This document shows, in pieces, positions 40,154-49,137 of a DNA stretch of 64,000 nt. A program made the position numbers and the translations under genes. The DNA is from an uncultured Actinomycetes bacterium. GTDB lineage: Bacteria > Actinomycetota > Acidimicrobiia > IMCC26256 > DASPTH01. Where the stretch lies: contig CAVRGS010000007.1 in assembly GCA_963720765.1 (NCBI GenBank), forward strand, positions 136,663 through 200,662, read 5' to 3'. Numbering within the stretch: the stretch's first letter is position 1; each line of letters starts with the position of its first letter. The notes beneath the pieces were generated by a model that ran no database searches, had not been told where the DNA came from, and saw only the letters and a list, made by a program, of their open reading frames with translations.

Positions 40154-40957
40154 CTACTGCTGGCCGACCACATCCGCCAACAGGTCGCCGATGCCGTCGG
40201 CCGACATCATCGGGCCCGGCGGCACGATCGTGAGCTCGGGGATGGTGAGCTTCGGGTGTGCGACCAGCATCGCCAAGAACTCGGCGATGGTGCGCCCGAG
40301 GTCGTCCGACTCCATGTGGTTGGCGTAGATCACGCTCGCCGCCAACCACTTCGGGAACAGCGCGCCCGCGTGGTCGGCGTCGAAGTCGCGCGCGAAGTCG
40401 GTGCCGAGGGTGTCGCCGACCGCCATGCACACGAACCGCTTGTCAGGCCGCTCCATGCGCCACGAGCGCACGGTGCGGTCGAGCGCGGCCTTGCTCGCAC
40501 CGTACGACGCGAGACCGTGGTGCCCACCGCCGACGGTGATCGACGACAGGAAGATGATCACGCCGTTGTCGGGAATGTGCTCGAGCGCGGCCTGCGCGAC
40601 GAGGGCGGGCGCGATGGCGTTGGTGGCGATGACGTCCTGCCACGTCTCGGCGCTCACCTCGTCGAGCGGGGCGAGCGGCGAGACCGCGGTGGAGAACACC
40701 AGCGCGTCGAGACCGCCCATCGCATCGACCGCTTCGGCGACGATCCCCGAGCAGCGCTCCGGGTCGCGCACGTCGGCGGCGATGCCGGTGCCCTTGCCCG
40801 CGGTGGTGACGACCTCGCGCAGCTTCTCTTCGCTACGACCCACGACGGCGATGTCGGCGCCCGCCGCGGCGGCGGCGAGCGCGGTGCTGCGCCCGATGCC
40901 CGACGATCCCCCGACGACGAGCAGGCGCTGGCCGGCGAGGTCGATGTCGACCGACAT
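40154..40957 (-). CDS. Short-chain dehydrogenase/reductase
   Basis: LVVGGSSGIG, IIFLSS, YGASKAAL. Confidence 0.9.
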   Translation of the reverse strand: MSVDIDLAGQRLLVVGGSSGIGRSTALAAAAAGADIAVVGRSEEKLREVVTTAGKGTGIAADVRDPERCSGIVAEAVDAMGGLDALVFSTAVSPLAPLDEVSAETWQDVIATNAIAPALVAQAALEHIPDNGVIIFLSSITVGGGHHGLASYGASKAALDRTVRSWRMERPDKRFVCMAVGDTLGTDFARDFDADHAGALFPKWLAASVIYANHMESDDLGRTIAEFLAMLVAHPKLTIPELTIVPPGPMMSADGIGDLLADVVGQQ

Positions 40958-40959
40958 GG

Positions 40960-42132
40960 TCAGCGGGCCTCGATGATCAGCGCCGATCCCATGCCGCCAC
41001 CCGCGCACATCGCCAGCAGGCCGTGGGTCTTGCCCCGACGGCGCAGCTCGTGCGCCATGGTGACGACCATGCGTGCGCCGGTCGCTGCGATCGGGTGACC
41101 GAGGCTGCAGCCGCTGCCGTTGACGTTGACGATGGAGGGATCCAGGCCGAGCTTGCGGATGGCCGCCACCGGGACCGAGCAGAAGGCCTCGTTGATCTCG
41201 ATCAGGTCGATGTCGTCGACGGTGAGGCCGGCCCGCTCGAGCGCCTTCGGGATCGCGAGCGTCGGGCCCATGCCCGTGCGGGCCGGGTCGATCCCCGCGT
41301 TGGCCCACGACACGATCCGGGCCAGGGGGCTCAGACCGTGCGACTCGGCGAAGGTGTCGCTGGTGAGCACGAGCGCGGCGGCGGCGTCGTTGATGCCCGA
41401 CGCGTTGCCCGCGGTGACCGTCGGCGACTCGAGCTCGGGGTGGATGGGCTTGAGCTCCGCCAGCGTCTCGACCGTCACCCCGCGGCGCGGGTGCTCGTCG
41501 ACGGCGAACGTGCGTGCCATGCCCTCACGGTCGAGGTACTCGACCGGCACGATCTCCTCTTCGAACGCGCCCGAGTCGATCGACGCGATGGCCTGACCGT
41601 GGCTGTACGCAGCCCACTCGTCGACGTCGCGCCGGGTCAGACCCATCTCGTGCGCGGCGTTCTCGCCGACGGTGATCGACATGTCGAACGCGGGCGCGTC
41701 GGGAGTCTCGGGGTGGCTCGGCGACATCCACATCTGCGGCTCGCCGCCCGGCTCGAGCACCCGCCACGACTGGGGCGCGGTGCTCATGCTGTTCGTCCCG
41801 CCGGCGACGACCACCGTGTCCATGTCGGACTTGATGCTCCCCGCGGCCAGCTGCACCGCGCTCAGGCCTGACGCGCAATGACGGTTGTCGGCGATGCCGG
41901 CGACGTTGTCGAGGCCGAGGACCACGGCGGTGTGCCGGGCGATGTCACCACCGCCGTAGAGCGCCTCGCCGAGCACGATGTCGTCGATCTCGGCGGCGTC
42001 GATGCCCGAGCGGGCGACCGCCTCACCGACGGCGATCTCCGCGAGGCGGAACGCGTCGACGTCGACGAGCGAACCCTTGCGGGCCCGACCGATGGGGGTG
42101 CGGGCGGCGGCGACGATGACTGCTTCGGTCAC
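40960..42132 (-). CDS. Thiolase (acetyl-CoA C-acyltransferase)
   Basis: AARTPIG, NRHCASGL, TAGNASGINDAAAA, EINEAF, GHPIAATG, MCAGGGMG. Confidence 0.95.
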   Translation of the reverse strand: MTEAVIVAAARTPIGRARKGSLVDVDAFRLAEIAVGEAVARSGIDAAEIDDIVLGEALYGGGDIARHTAVVLGLDNVAGIADNRHCASGLSAVQLAAGSIKSDMDTVVVAGGTNSMSTAPQSWRVLEPGGEPQMWMSPSHPETPDAPAFDMSITVGENAAHEMGLTRRDVDEWAAYSHGQAIASIDSGAFEEEIVPVEYLDREGMARTFAVDEHPRRGVTVETLAELKPIHPELESPTVTAGNASGINDAAAALVLTSDTFAESHGLSPLARIVSWANAGIDPARTGMGPTLAIPKALERAGLTVDDIDLIEINEAFCSVPVAAIRKLGLDPSIVNVNGSGCSLGHPIAATGARMVVTMAHELRRRGKTHGLLAMCAGGGMGSALIIEAR

Positions 42133-42200
42133 GGGTGGCTCCTCGAGTGCGTGGTCGGGGTGCTCGCACTGTAACGCCGCGCCCGATCTCGGGCCCCGGC

Positions 42201-44399
42201 TCAGCCACCGACCCGGGCCGTCTCCTCGGCGGTGAGCCGAGCCAACTCGGCGTCGACGTCGGGCCCCGCTTCCACGTGGAGACGGGGGATGACCCGGTCG
42301 AGCCAGCGCGGGAACCACCAGTTCCGGTCGCCCAGCAGCTCCATGGTGGCGGGCACCAGGACCATGCGCACCACCGTCGCGTCCACCAGGATCGCCGTCG
42401 CCAGCCCGACTCCGAAGAGCTTCACCAAGGTGGCGTCGCCGAGGACGAAGCTGCCGAAGACGCACACCATGATGAGGGCGGCCGCGGTGATCACGCGTGC
42501 GGTCGAGGCCAGGCCGTCGGCCACCGCGACCGCGTTGTCGCCGGTGCGGTCGTACTCCTCACGGATGCGCGACAGCAGGAAGACCTCGTAGTCCATCGAC
42601 AGCCCGAAGAGGATGGCGAACATCATCATCGGGATGAACGGCGCGATGGGCCCGGTCTGCTCGACGCCGAGGAGGCCGTTCCCCCATCCCCACTCGAAGA
42701 CCGCGACGACCACGCCGTACGCGGCGCCGATCGACAGCAGGTTCATGACGACGGCCTTCAGCGGGACCAGCAGGCTCCGGAACACCGCCATCAGGAGGAG
42801 GAAGCTCAACACGAGCACCGCGCCGATGAAGATCGGGAGGCGCGCCGCCAGTCGTTCCGACACGTCGATGCTCGACGCGGTGAGGCCACCGACGTGCACC
42901 TGCACATCGGAGCCGCGCACCGAAGCCGGGATGACGTCGTCGCGCAGCGCACCGACGAGATCGGTCGTCGCGACCGACTGCGGCGAGCTCTTCGGGATCA
43001 CGCGGATCACCGCGGCGTCACCCGACGGGCTCATCGTGGGCCCGACCACGGCGGCGACGTCGGGCGTCTGCTGGAGGCGCGTCGCAAGTTGGTCGAGCGC
43101 CTGCGTGTCGCTGCCCTTCGGGAACTCGGCGGCGAGCACCAGGGGCCCGTTGAAGCCGGCCCCGAAGCCCTCGGCCACGAGGTCGTAGGCCTGGCGCGAC
43201 GTGTCGGCCTTGGGGTTCCCGCCCGCGTCCGGGAACGCGAGGCGCATCGACAGGAGCGGCACCGCGAGCAGGAGCAGGAACGCGAGCCCGGCGATGGCGG
43301 CCGGCCACGGGCGACGTTGCACGACGCGACTCCACCGGTACCACATCGTCCGGTCGGCGGGCTTGGGCACCTTGCGTCGCCGCACCGAGAAGCGGTCGAT
43401 GGTGCGCCCGGCGAACCCGAGCAACGCGGGCAGGAGCGTGATCGACGCCAGCATCACGATGGCGACGGTGACCGACGTGCCGAGCGCCATGCCGTTCACG
43501 AAGTCGACGCCCATGAGGAACAGCCCGAGCAGCGAGATCACCACTGTGGTGCCGGCGAACACGACCGCCCGGCCCGCGGTGTCGATGGCGCGCACGACGG
43601 CATGCTCGGGCTGGAACCCCTCCTCGAGACCCTGGCGGTAGCGGGTGACGATGAAGAGCGCATAGTCGATGCCCACGCCGATGCCGATCATCGACGCCAG
43701 CTGCGTGGCGAAGTCGGGTGTCGCGATCGTGTGGCTCAGCAACTGGACGAGCCCGAGACCGATGCCGATGCCGAACAGCGCGACGAGGATCGGGAGACCC
43801 ATCGCCAGCAGCGAGCCGAACGCCACCAGCAGGATGACGATGGCGGCGAGGATGCCGATGAGCTCAGCGGGACCGAGGCCGCCGGGTTCCTGGAACATGC
43901 GGCCGCCGAGCGCGACGCGCACACCGTCACCGGTAGCGGCGTCCTTGAGGTCACGGATGCGCTGGATGGAGGAATCGGAGATCTTCGACGCCACGCGGTC
44001 GAACTGCACGGTCGCGTACGCGATGTCACCGGACCGGGCGACCTGCTGCGCGCCGTCGGCCGAGTAGGGGCTCACGACCGCGGTGACACCGGGGACCTTC
44101 GCGACGTCGTCGAAGAGCTGCTCCATGCGGGCCTGGACACCCGCGTCCTGCACGCCGCCCCCGTCACCCGTGGCGTCGTGGGCGAAGACGATCTGGCCCT
44201 CGTCGCCGGCGCGGGCGGGGAACCGGGTCTCGAGCAGCGCGGCGGCCCGGTGCGATTCCGTGTCGGAGAGGTTGAAGCCCTGGGAGAAGGACGAGCCGAC
44301 GTTCGATCCGATCACGCTCACCGCGACCAGGGCGACGACCCACAGCACGACGACCGTCCGACGGCGTCCGTAGCACCAGGCGGCCAGTCGTTGCAGCAT
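42201..44399 (-). CDS. MMPL family (RND) transporter
   Basis: GVGIDYALFIVTRYR, AGRAVVFAG, FGLSMDYEVFLLSRIREE, ATMELLGDRNWWFP. Confidence 0.95.
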   Translation of the reverse strand: MLQRLAAWCYGRRRTVVVLWVVALVAVSVIGSNVGSSFSQGFNLSDTESHRAAALLETRFPARAGDEGQIVFAHDATGDGGGVQDAGVQARMEQLFDDVAKVPGVTAVVSPYSADGAQQVARSGDIAYATVQFDRVASKISDSSIQRIRDLKDAATGDGVRVALGGRMFQEPGGLGPAELIGILAAIVILLVAFGSLLAMGLPILVALFGIGIGLGLVQLLSHTIATPDFATQLASMIGIGVGIDYALFIVTRYRQGLEEGFQPEHAVVRAIDTAGRAVVFAGTTVVISLLGLFLMGVDFVNGMALGTSVTVAIVMLASITLLPALLGFAGRTIDRFSVRRRKVPKPADRTMWYRWSRVVQRRPWPAAIAGLAFLLLLAVPLLSMRLAFPDAGGNPKADTSRQAYDLVAEGFGAGFNGPLVLAAEFPKGSDTQALDQLATRLQQTPDVAAVVGPTMSPSGDAAVIRVIPKSSPQSVATTDLVGALRDDVIPASVRGSDVQVHVGGLTASSIDVSERLAARLPIFIGAVLVLSFLLLMAVFRSLLVPLKAVVMNLLSIGAAYGVVVAVFEWGWGNGLLGVEQTGPIAPFIPMMMFAILFGLSMDYEVFLLSRIREEYDRTGDNAVAVADGLASTARVITAAALIMVCVFGSFVLGDATLVKLFGVGLATAILVDATVVRMVLVPATMELLGDRNWWFPRWLDRVIPRLHVEAGPDVDAELARLTAEETARVGG

Positions 44400-44436
44400 T
44401 GCCGTCCCTCCCGTACAATGGATGGAGCAATCATTG

Positions 44437-44448
44437 GGTTGCTCAACC
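44437..44448. promoter_or_regulatory. Palindromic candidate MarR operator
   Basis: GGTTG-CT-CAACC in the 74-bp gap between the divergent MMPL and MarR genes. Confidence 0.5.
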
Positions 44449-44473
44449 ATTGACCGTAGCACAGGAGTTCAGG

Positions 44474-44923
44474 GTGTCTGGCACCGGGGGGAAGACAAGG
44501 GGCGCACCGCTCTCACGTGAGGTGCTGGGTCACCTCATGGGCGTGATGCACGCCATGAAGGACCACGTGGCCACGCTCGCGGCGACCCTCGACCTCTCCC
44601 CTTCGCAGCTCGCCGCGCTCAGCCACCTCGACGAACCGTGCTCGCAGCGGGAGCTCGCCGAGTTGCTCCACTTCGACGCGTCGAACATCACCGACATCGT
44701 CGACCGCCTCGAGGCGCGTGGCCTCGTGGTGCGCACCGTGGACCCGAACGACCGTCGCGTGCGGCGCATCGTGCGCACCCCCGAGGGCGATGCGCTCCGG
44801 CACAAGGCACTGTCCGAGGCGATCGCCTCGGCGCCCACCGTCGCGCCGCTCAGCGAAGCGGAGCAACGGAAGCTGTGCGAGCTGCTCGGCAAGATCGCCG
44901 AGCCCGTCGAGCTCCCCTTCTAG
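44474..44923 (+). CDS. MarR family regulator
   Basis: LSPSQLAAL...SQRELAELLHFDASNITDIVDRLEARGLVVRTVDPNDRRVR. Confidence 0.93.
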   Translation: MSGTGGKTRGAPLSREVLGHLMGVMHAMKDHVATLAATLDLSPSQLAALSHLDEPCSQRELAELLHFDASNITDIVDRLEARGLVVRTVDPNDRRVRRIVRTPEGDALRHKALSEAIASAPTVAPLSEAEQRKLCELLGKIAEPVELPF

Positions 44924-45546
44924 CTCCAGAGCTCCACGAGCTCGTCGGTGGTCGTGATCTTGGCCACCAGCGAGAGCGTGTTCTTGATGATCACGTCGGT
45001 GTAGTCGACCGGGTACCCCGTGATCGCGTCGCGTGGGATCACCACGTTGAACCCGAAGTTGACGCAGTCGAGTGTGGCGTTCGGGATCGCGACGTTGGTC
45101 GAGACGCCCGCGATCACGACCGTCTTGGCGCCGAGGTTGCGCAGCAGCGTCGGCACGTCGGTGCCGTTCACCGGCGACAGCCCGCCGATGCGGGTGGAGA
45201 CGAGGTCGCTCTCGGCCGCTTCGATGCCGTCCATCAGCTCGGTGCCCGGGCCACCAGGGCTCATCGGGCCGGGACCGGTGTTCTCGCCGCGAGCGGTCCC
45301 GCGGAACAGGGGTGCGTTGGTGCTGGCGCCGCGCCGGTCGTCGCGGGTGGCGGCGATGCAGTGCAGGATGCCGCAGCCTGCCGCCCGCCCGGTGGTGACC
45401 AGGCGGTTGACGTTCTCGACCAGCCCGATCACCTTCGCCGACTCCGCCAGCGCGGGGAGCAGGCTCAGGTCACCGATCACGCCCTTCTGGCACTCCTGCG
45501 TGAGGACGACGGTCGACTCCGGCGCCACCAGTTCTGCGAGCTTCAT
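44920..45546 (-). CDS. Isochorismatase-like (cysteine hydrolase fold) protein lacking the catalytic Cys
   Basis: TVVLTQECQKG, LLRNLGAKTVVIAGVSTNVAIP, FNVVIPRDAITG. Confidence 0.85.
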   Translation of the reverse strand: MKLAELVAPESTVVLTQECQKGVIGDLSLLPALAESAKVIGLVENVNRLVTTGRAAGCGILHCIAATRDDRRGASTNAPLFRGTARGENTGPGPMSPGGPGTELMDGIEAAESDLVSTRIGGLSPVNGTDVPTLLRNLGAKTVVIAGVSTNVAIPNATLDCVNFGFNVVIPRDAITGYPVDYTDVIIKNTLSLVAKITTTDELVELWS

Positions 45547-46475
45547 GGCCGCACCGTATCTGCTTCTCGGCGGGTCTTCACGATGCTCGCCCCGATGGCG
45601 CCGGTGACGATGGCGACGATGACGCCGAGGGACGCGACGGTCGGGAAGTGCCACCAATGGGACACGATCATCTTGACGCCGACGAACACCAGGATCGCCC
45701 CGAGCGCGTGCGCGAGGTAGTGGAACCGCTCACGGGCGTCGCCGAGCAGGAAGTACATGGCGCGCAATCCGAGGATCGCGAACGCGTTCGACGCGAACAC
45801 GATGAACGGGTCGCGCGACACCGCGAGGATGGCGGGCACGCTGTCGACCGCGAACACCACGTCGGTCACCTCGACGACGACCAGCGCCGCGAGCAGCGGC
45901 GTCGCCACCCACCGCACCTTCTGGCCCGGGCTCGGCGCCTCCTTGACCACGAAGTGCTGCTCGGCCAGCTCCGAACGCACGGGCAGGAACCGCCCCAGCA
46001 GCTTGACCGCACGGTCGTGTTCGTGCTCGCCCTCGTCGTCCTTGTGGCGGATGACCTTGAAGCCGGAGACCAGGAGCACGACCCCGAACACGAGGAGCAT
46101 CCACCAGAACTCCTCGATGAGCGCGGCGCCGGCGAAGATGAAGATGGCGCGCATCACCAGCGCGCCGAAGATGCCCCAGAAGAGCACCCGGTGCTGGTAG
46201 CGGGCCGGGATGGCGAAGCTGGAGAAGATCACCGCCCACACGAACACGTTGTCGATGCTGAGTGACTTCTCGATCACGTAGCCGCTCAGGTACTCGGAGA
46301 ACGCCTGCCCGCCCATCCACACGAGCACGACCACCGCGAAGCCGAGACCGCACGCCACCCACGCCGCCGACTCGATCAACGCGCGCTTGGTCGTGGGCTC
46401 GTGGTTGCCGCGGTGCAGCAGCAGGTCGACCGTGAGCAACGCCACGATCACTGCGATGAGGACGACCCACTCCAT
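45543..46475 (-). CDS. TerC/Alx family metal (Mn) homeostasis membrane protein
   Basis: GYVIEKSLSIDNVFVW, QHRVLFWGIFGALVMR, DVVFAVDSVPAI, SNAFAILGLRAMYF. Confidence 0.95.
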   Translation of the reverse strand: MEWVVLIAVIVALLTVDLLLHRGNHEPTTKRALIESAAWVACGLGFAVVVLVWMGGQAFSEYLSGYVIEKSLSIDNVFVWAVIFSSFAIPARYQHRVLFWGIFGALVMRAIFIFAGAALIEEFWWMLLVFGVVLLVSGFKVIRHKDDEGEHEHDRAVKLLGRFLPVRSELAEQHFVVKEAPSPGQKVRWVATPLLAALVVVEVTDVVFAVDSVPAILAVSRDPFIVFASNAFAILGLRAMYFLLGDARERFHYLAHALGAILVFVGVKMIVSHWWHFPTVASLGVIVAIVTGAIGASIVKTRREADTVRP

Positions 46476-46521
46476 GACGATCCCTTCGAAACCGGCCCTG
46501 TGCAAGGCGCTGTCGGGTTTC

Positions 46522-46622
46522 GAAGGTCTCTCCCACCACTCGCTGGCGAGTGGCACGGGCGCCGGGCCTGCCCAGCGGCATGACCGTGATGACGACGTCC
46601 CGTCGGGGGGATACTCCCCTTC
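46522..46622 (-). ncRNA. yybP-ykoY (Mn2+) riboswitch
   Basis: Minus strand GAAGGGGAGTA...GTCGTCATCACGG...GCCCGGCG...GAGAGACCTTC with P1 GAAGG/CCTTC, directly upstream of a TerC/Alx gene (the canonical association). Confidence 0.85.
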
Positions 46623-46727
46623 ACGTGTCCGCCCATCCTACCGGGCCGCGCCGCCTGAGTGACGCTCTGCGAGTTCGTCCGTCTCATCGGACCCATGGGT
46701 CCATGACGCCCACGAAATCGGAGAGGC

Positions 46728-47029
46728 ATGCCGAGACCACGCCGCAGCCACGTGTTCCGCCTCGATGCGGCGGTGCTCGACGTCGGCGCGTACCTCGCCA
46801 CCCGCGAAGCGCGCGAACGCTGCTACGGCCTCGAGGCCGCGACGCTGCTCGAACGCGAGCGCAGCACCGTCGACACGTCGCTCCACCGGCTCGTGACCCT
46901 CGGGTTGCTCGAGGACGAGTGGGAGGGCGGCCGCCGCTACCACCGAGTGACCGAGTTCGGGCGTCGATCTCTGCCACGCGCTCGCGGCGGCGCTCGGGTC
47001 TTCGGGCGCACCGACGAGCGTTTGCGTAG
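46728..47029 (+). CDS. PadR-like winged-helix protein (reads in frame into the downstream cupin in this assembly)
   Basis: CYGLEAATLL...TVDTSLHRLVTLGLLEDEWEGGRRYHRVTEFGR matches the PadR pattern; true stop unclear. Confidence 0.55.
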
Positions 47030-47039
47030 GGTCCGAGGC

Positions 47040-48038
47040 ATGGAGCTGCTCCCCGAATTCACGGCACGACGGGTGGTCACCGGACACGACGCCGAGGGTC
47101 GGGCGGTGGTCCGCTCCGACGGTGCGCCGCCGAACACGATCCGGGCCAACGGGTTCGCAGTGGCCACGTGGTTGTGGCTCGACGGGCCGCCGGCCACCGT
47201 CGACGACGGCGGCGACGAACCGGAGGGTTCGATCCGCCTCGAGCCACCGGTCGGTGGTTGCTCGGTGCGGATCATCCGCTTCCCCGGCGCGCGCGAAGGC
47301 GGCGGCGAGTGGATCCGGGTGGAGAACGACGACCCCGACGAACCCGGGATGCACGCCACCGACACCCTCGACTTCATGGTCGTGATCGACGGCCGCATCG
47401 TGCTCGGCCTCGACGACGGCGAGCACGAGCTCGGGCCTGGCGACGTGGTGATCCAACGCGGCAACCGCCACCGCTGGCGGGTGGTGGGCGACGGCCCGTG
47501 CACGTACGTCGTGTGCATGCTCCGCCCCGATCCCGACGCGCCGCCGCCCGCGCAACCGCAGCTACCCGCGACCAGTGTCGAGGGTGACGGACCGCGCCGC
47601 CTGGTCGCCGCCACCGACGCCGACGGTCGCTCCCACGTCCTCGCCGACGGCACACCACCGTCCGCGATCGGGGGCGGCGGCACTGCGCTGGTCGAGCTGT
47701 GGCAGACCGGCGGCGCACTGGGCGCGCCCGACCAGGGCGGCGACCCCGAGGGCGGATGGGAGCTCGAGCCCCGAGGTGGCCCTGGATCGGCTGGCATCTG
47801 CTTCCGCACCGTCGAGCACCCACCCGGGTTCGACCCCGGTGAGGCGGGGTGGCACACGACCGCGACCATCGACGTCGACATCGTGCTGTCGGGGCAGCTC
47901 GAGCTCTCGCTCCCCGATCAGCGGCCGGTCGTGCTCGGGCCCGGTGAGGCCGTCGTGCAGCGCGGCACCCACCACCGGTGGCGCCCGGTGGGTGACGAGC
48001 CGGTCGTGTGGGCCGCGCTCATGCTGGCGCTTCAGTGA
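47040..48038 (+). CDS. Tandem (bi-)cupin domain protein
   Basis: Two repeats: RRVVTGHDAEGR...GMHATDTLDF..GDVVIQRGNRHRW and RRLVAATDADGR...GWHTTATIDV..VVQRGTHHRW; own TAGGGT -10 seven nt before the ATG. Confidence 0.88.
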   Translation: MELLPEFTARRVVTGHDAEGRAVVRSDGAPPNTIRANGFAVATWLWLDGPPATVDDGGDEPEGSIRLEPPVGGCSVRIIRFPGAREGGGEWIRVENDDPDEPGMHATDTLDFMVVIDGRIVLGLDDGEHELGPGDVVIQRGNRHRWRVVGDGPCTYVVCMLRPDPDAPPPAQPQLPATSVEGDGPRRLVAATDADGRSHVLADGTPPSAIGGGGTALVELWQTGGALGAPDQGGDPEGGWELEPRGGPGSAGICFRTVEHPPGFDPGEAGWHTTATIDVDIVLSGQLELSLPDQRPVVLGPGEAVVQRGTHHRWRPVGDEPVVWAALMLALQ

Positions 48039-48058
48039 CGGCCGTAGGCTGACCGGCC

Positions 48059-48820
48059 ATGTTGACCGACATTCTGATCGGCGAAGACCGCGACCACGTC
48101 CGCCTGCTCACGTTCAACCGCCCCGATCGGGCGAACGCGTTCAACGAGGAGCTGTACCATGCGTCCGCCGACGCACTGCGCGCGGCAGCCACCGACGACG
48201 ACGTCGCGGTGGTCGTGTTCACCGGCGCGGGCAAGGCGTTCTGCGCCGGCACCGACCTGCTCGAGATGGCGGAGACCGTCGACGCCGGCGTCGGCGGCGA
48301 CACGGTGTCGCGCAACGGCTTCCCCGCGTTCGTCGACGTGCTGCAGGAGTTCCCCAAGCCGCTGCTCGCCGCGGTGAACGGAGCGGCGGTCGGCCTCGGG
48401 TTCACCATGCTCGCCCACTGCGACCTCGTGTTCGTGTCCGACAAGGCGCGCCTGCTCGCGCCGTTCACCAACATGGGGGTCGCGCCCGAGGCCGCGAGCA
48501 GCTACCTGTTGCCGCGCCGCATGGGCCGTCAGCAGGCGTCGCTGTCGTTGTTCACGTCCGACTGGATCTCGGCGGCGGACGCGGTCGCCACCGGGCTCGC
48601 GGTGCGGCAGTGCTCGCCCGAGACCCTGGTCGACGACACGATGGAGCTGGCCACGCGCATCGCGTCGAAGTCGCTGCCGTCGCTCAGGGCCACGAAGCGC
48701 CTGCTGCTCGACGCCGAGCGGGAGGGCATCGCCCGCGCCCGCACGCTCGAGAACGCCGCGTTCGCCGAGCTGCTCGCGCTCCCCAACGCCAGGGACGGCG
48801 TGCTCGGTCAATTGGATTGA
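48059..48820 (+). CDS. Enoyl-CoA hydratase/isomerase
   Basis: LTFNRPDRANAF, FTGAGKAFCAGTDL, KPLLAAVNGAAVG, GVAPEAASSYLLP. Confidence 0.93.
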   Translation: MLTDILIGEDRDHVRLLTFNRPDRANAFNEELYHASADALRAAATDDDVAVVVFTGAGKAFCAGTDLLEMAETVDAGVGGDTVSRNGFPAFVDVLQEFPKPLLAAVNGAAVGLGFTMLAHCDLVFVSDKARLLAPFTNMGVAPEAASSYLLPRRMGRQQASLSLFTSDWISAADAVATGLAVRQCSPETLVDDTMELATRIASKSLPSLRATKRLLLDAEREGIARARTLENAAFAELLALPNARDGVLGQLD

Positions 48821-48849
48821 CTCGCGCCCATTCTGGGCACGAACGCGAG

Positions 48850-49137
48850 ATGAAGAATCCGAAGCAGCTGGCCTGGCAGGGTGTCGCCATCGCGTCGGGA
48901 ACGCTCGCGGCGGCCGCAGTCCGACGGGTCGCGACCACCACCTGGCGCACCGCCAAGCACGAGGACCCGCCCGAGAACCCGGCGGCGCGTGACGTCAGCT
49001 GGCCCGACGCGCTCGCGTGGACGATCGCGGTGGCGGTCGGCGCCGCCGTCGCCCGTCTCGTCGCACAACGCGGCGCGGCGGCCGTGTGGGAACGTGCTAC
49101 GGGCGAGTCAATTCCTGTTCCAACTGATGCTTCATGA
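48850..49137 (+). CDS. DUF4235-like small membrane protein
   Basis: MKNPKQLAWQGVAIASG...WRTAKHEDPPENP..VSWPDALAW...AAAVWERATG. Confidence 0.78.
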   Translation: MKNPKQLAWQGVAIASGTLAAAAVRRVATTTWRTAKHEDPPENPAARDVSWPDALAWTIAVAVGAAVARLVAQRGAAAVWERATGESIPVPTDAS

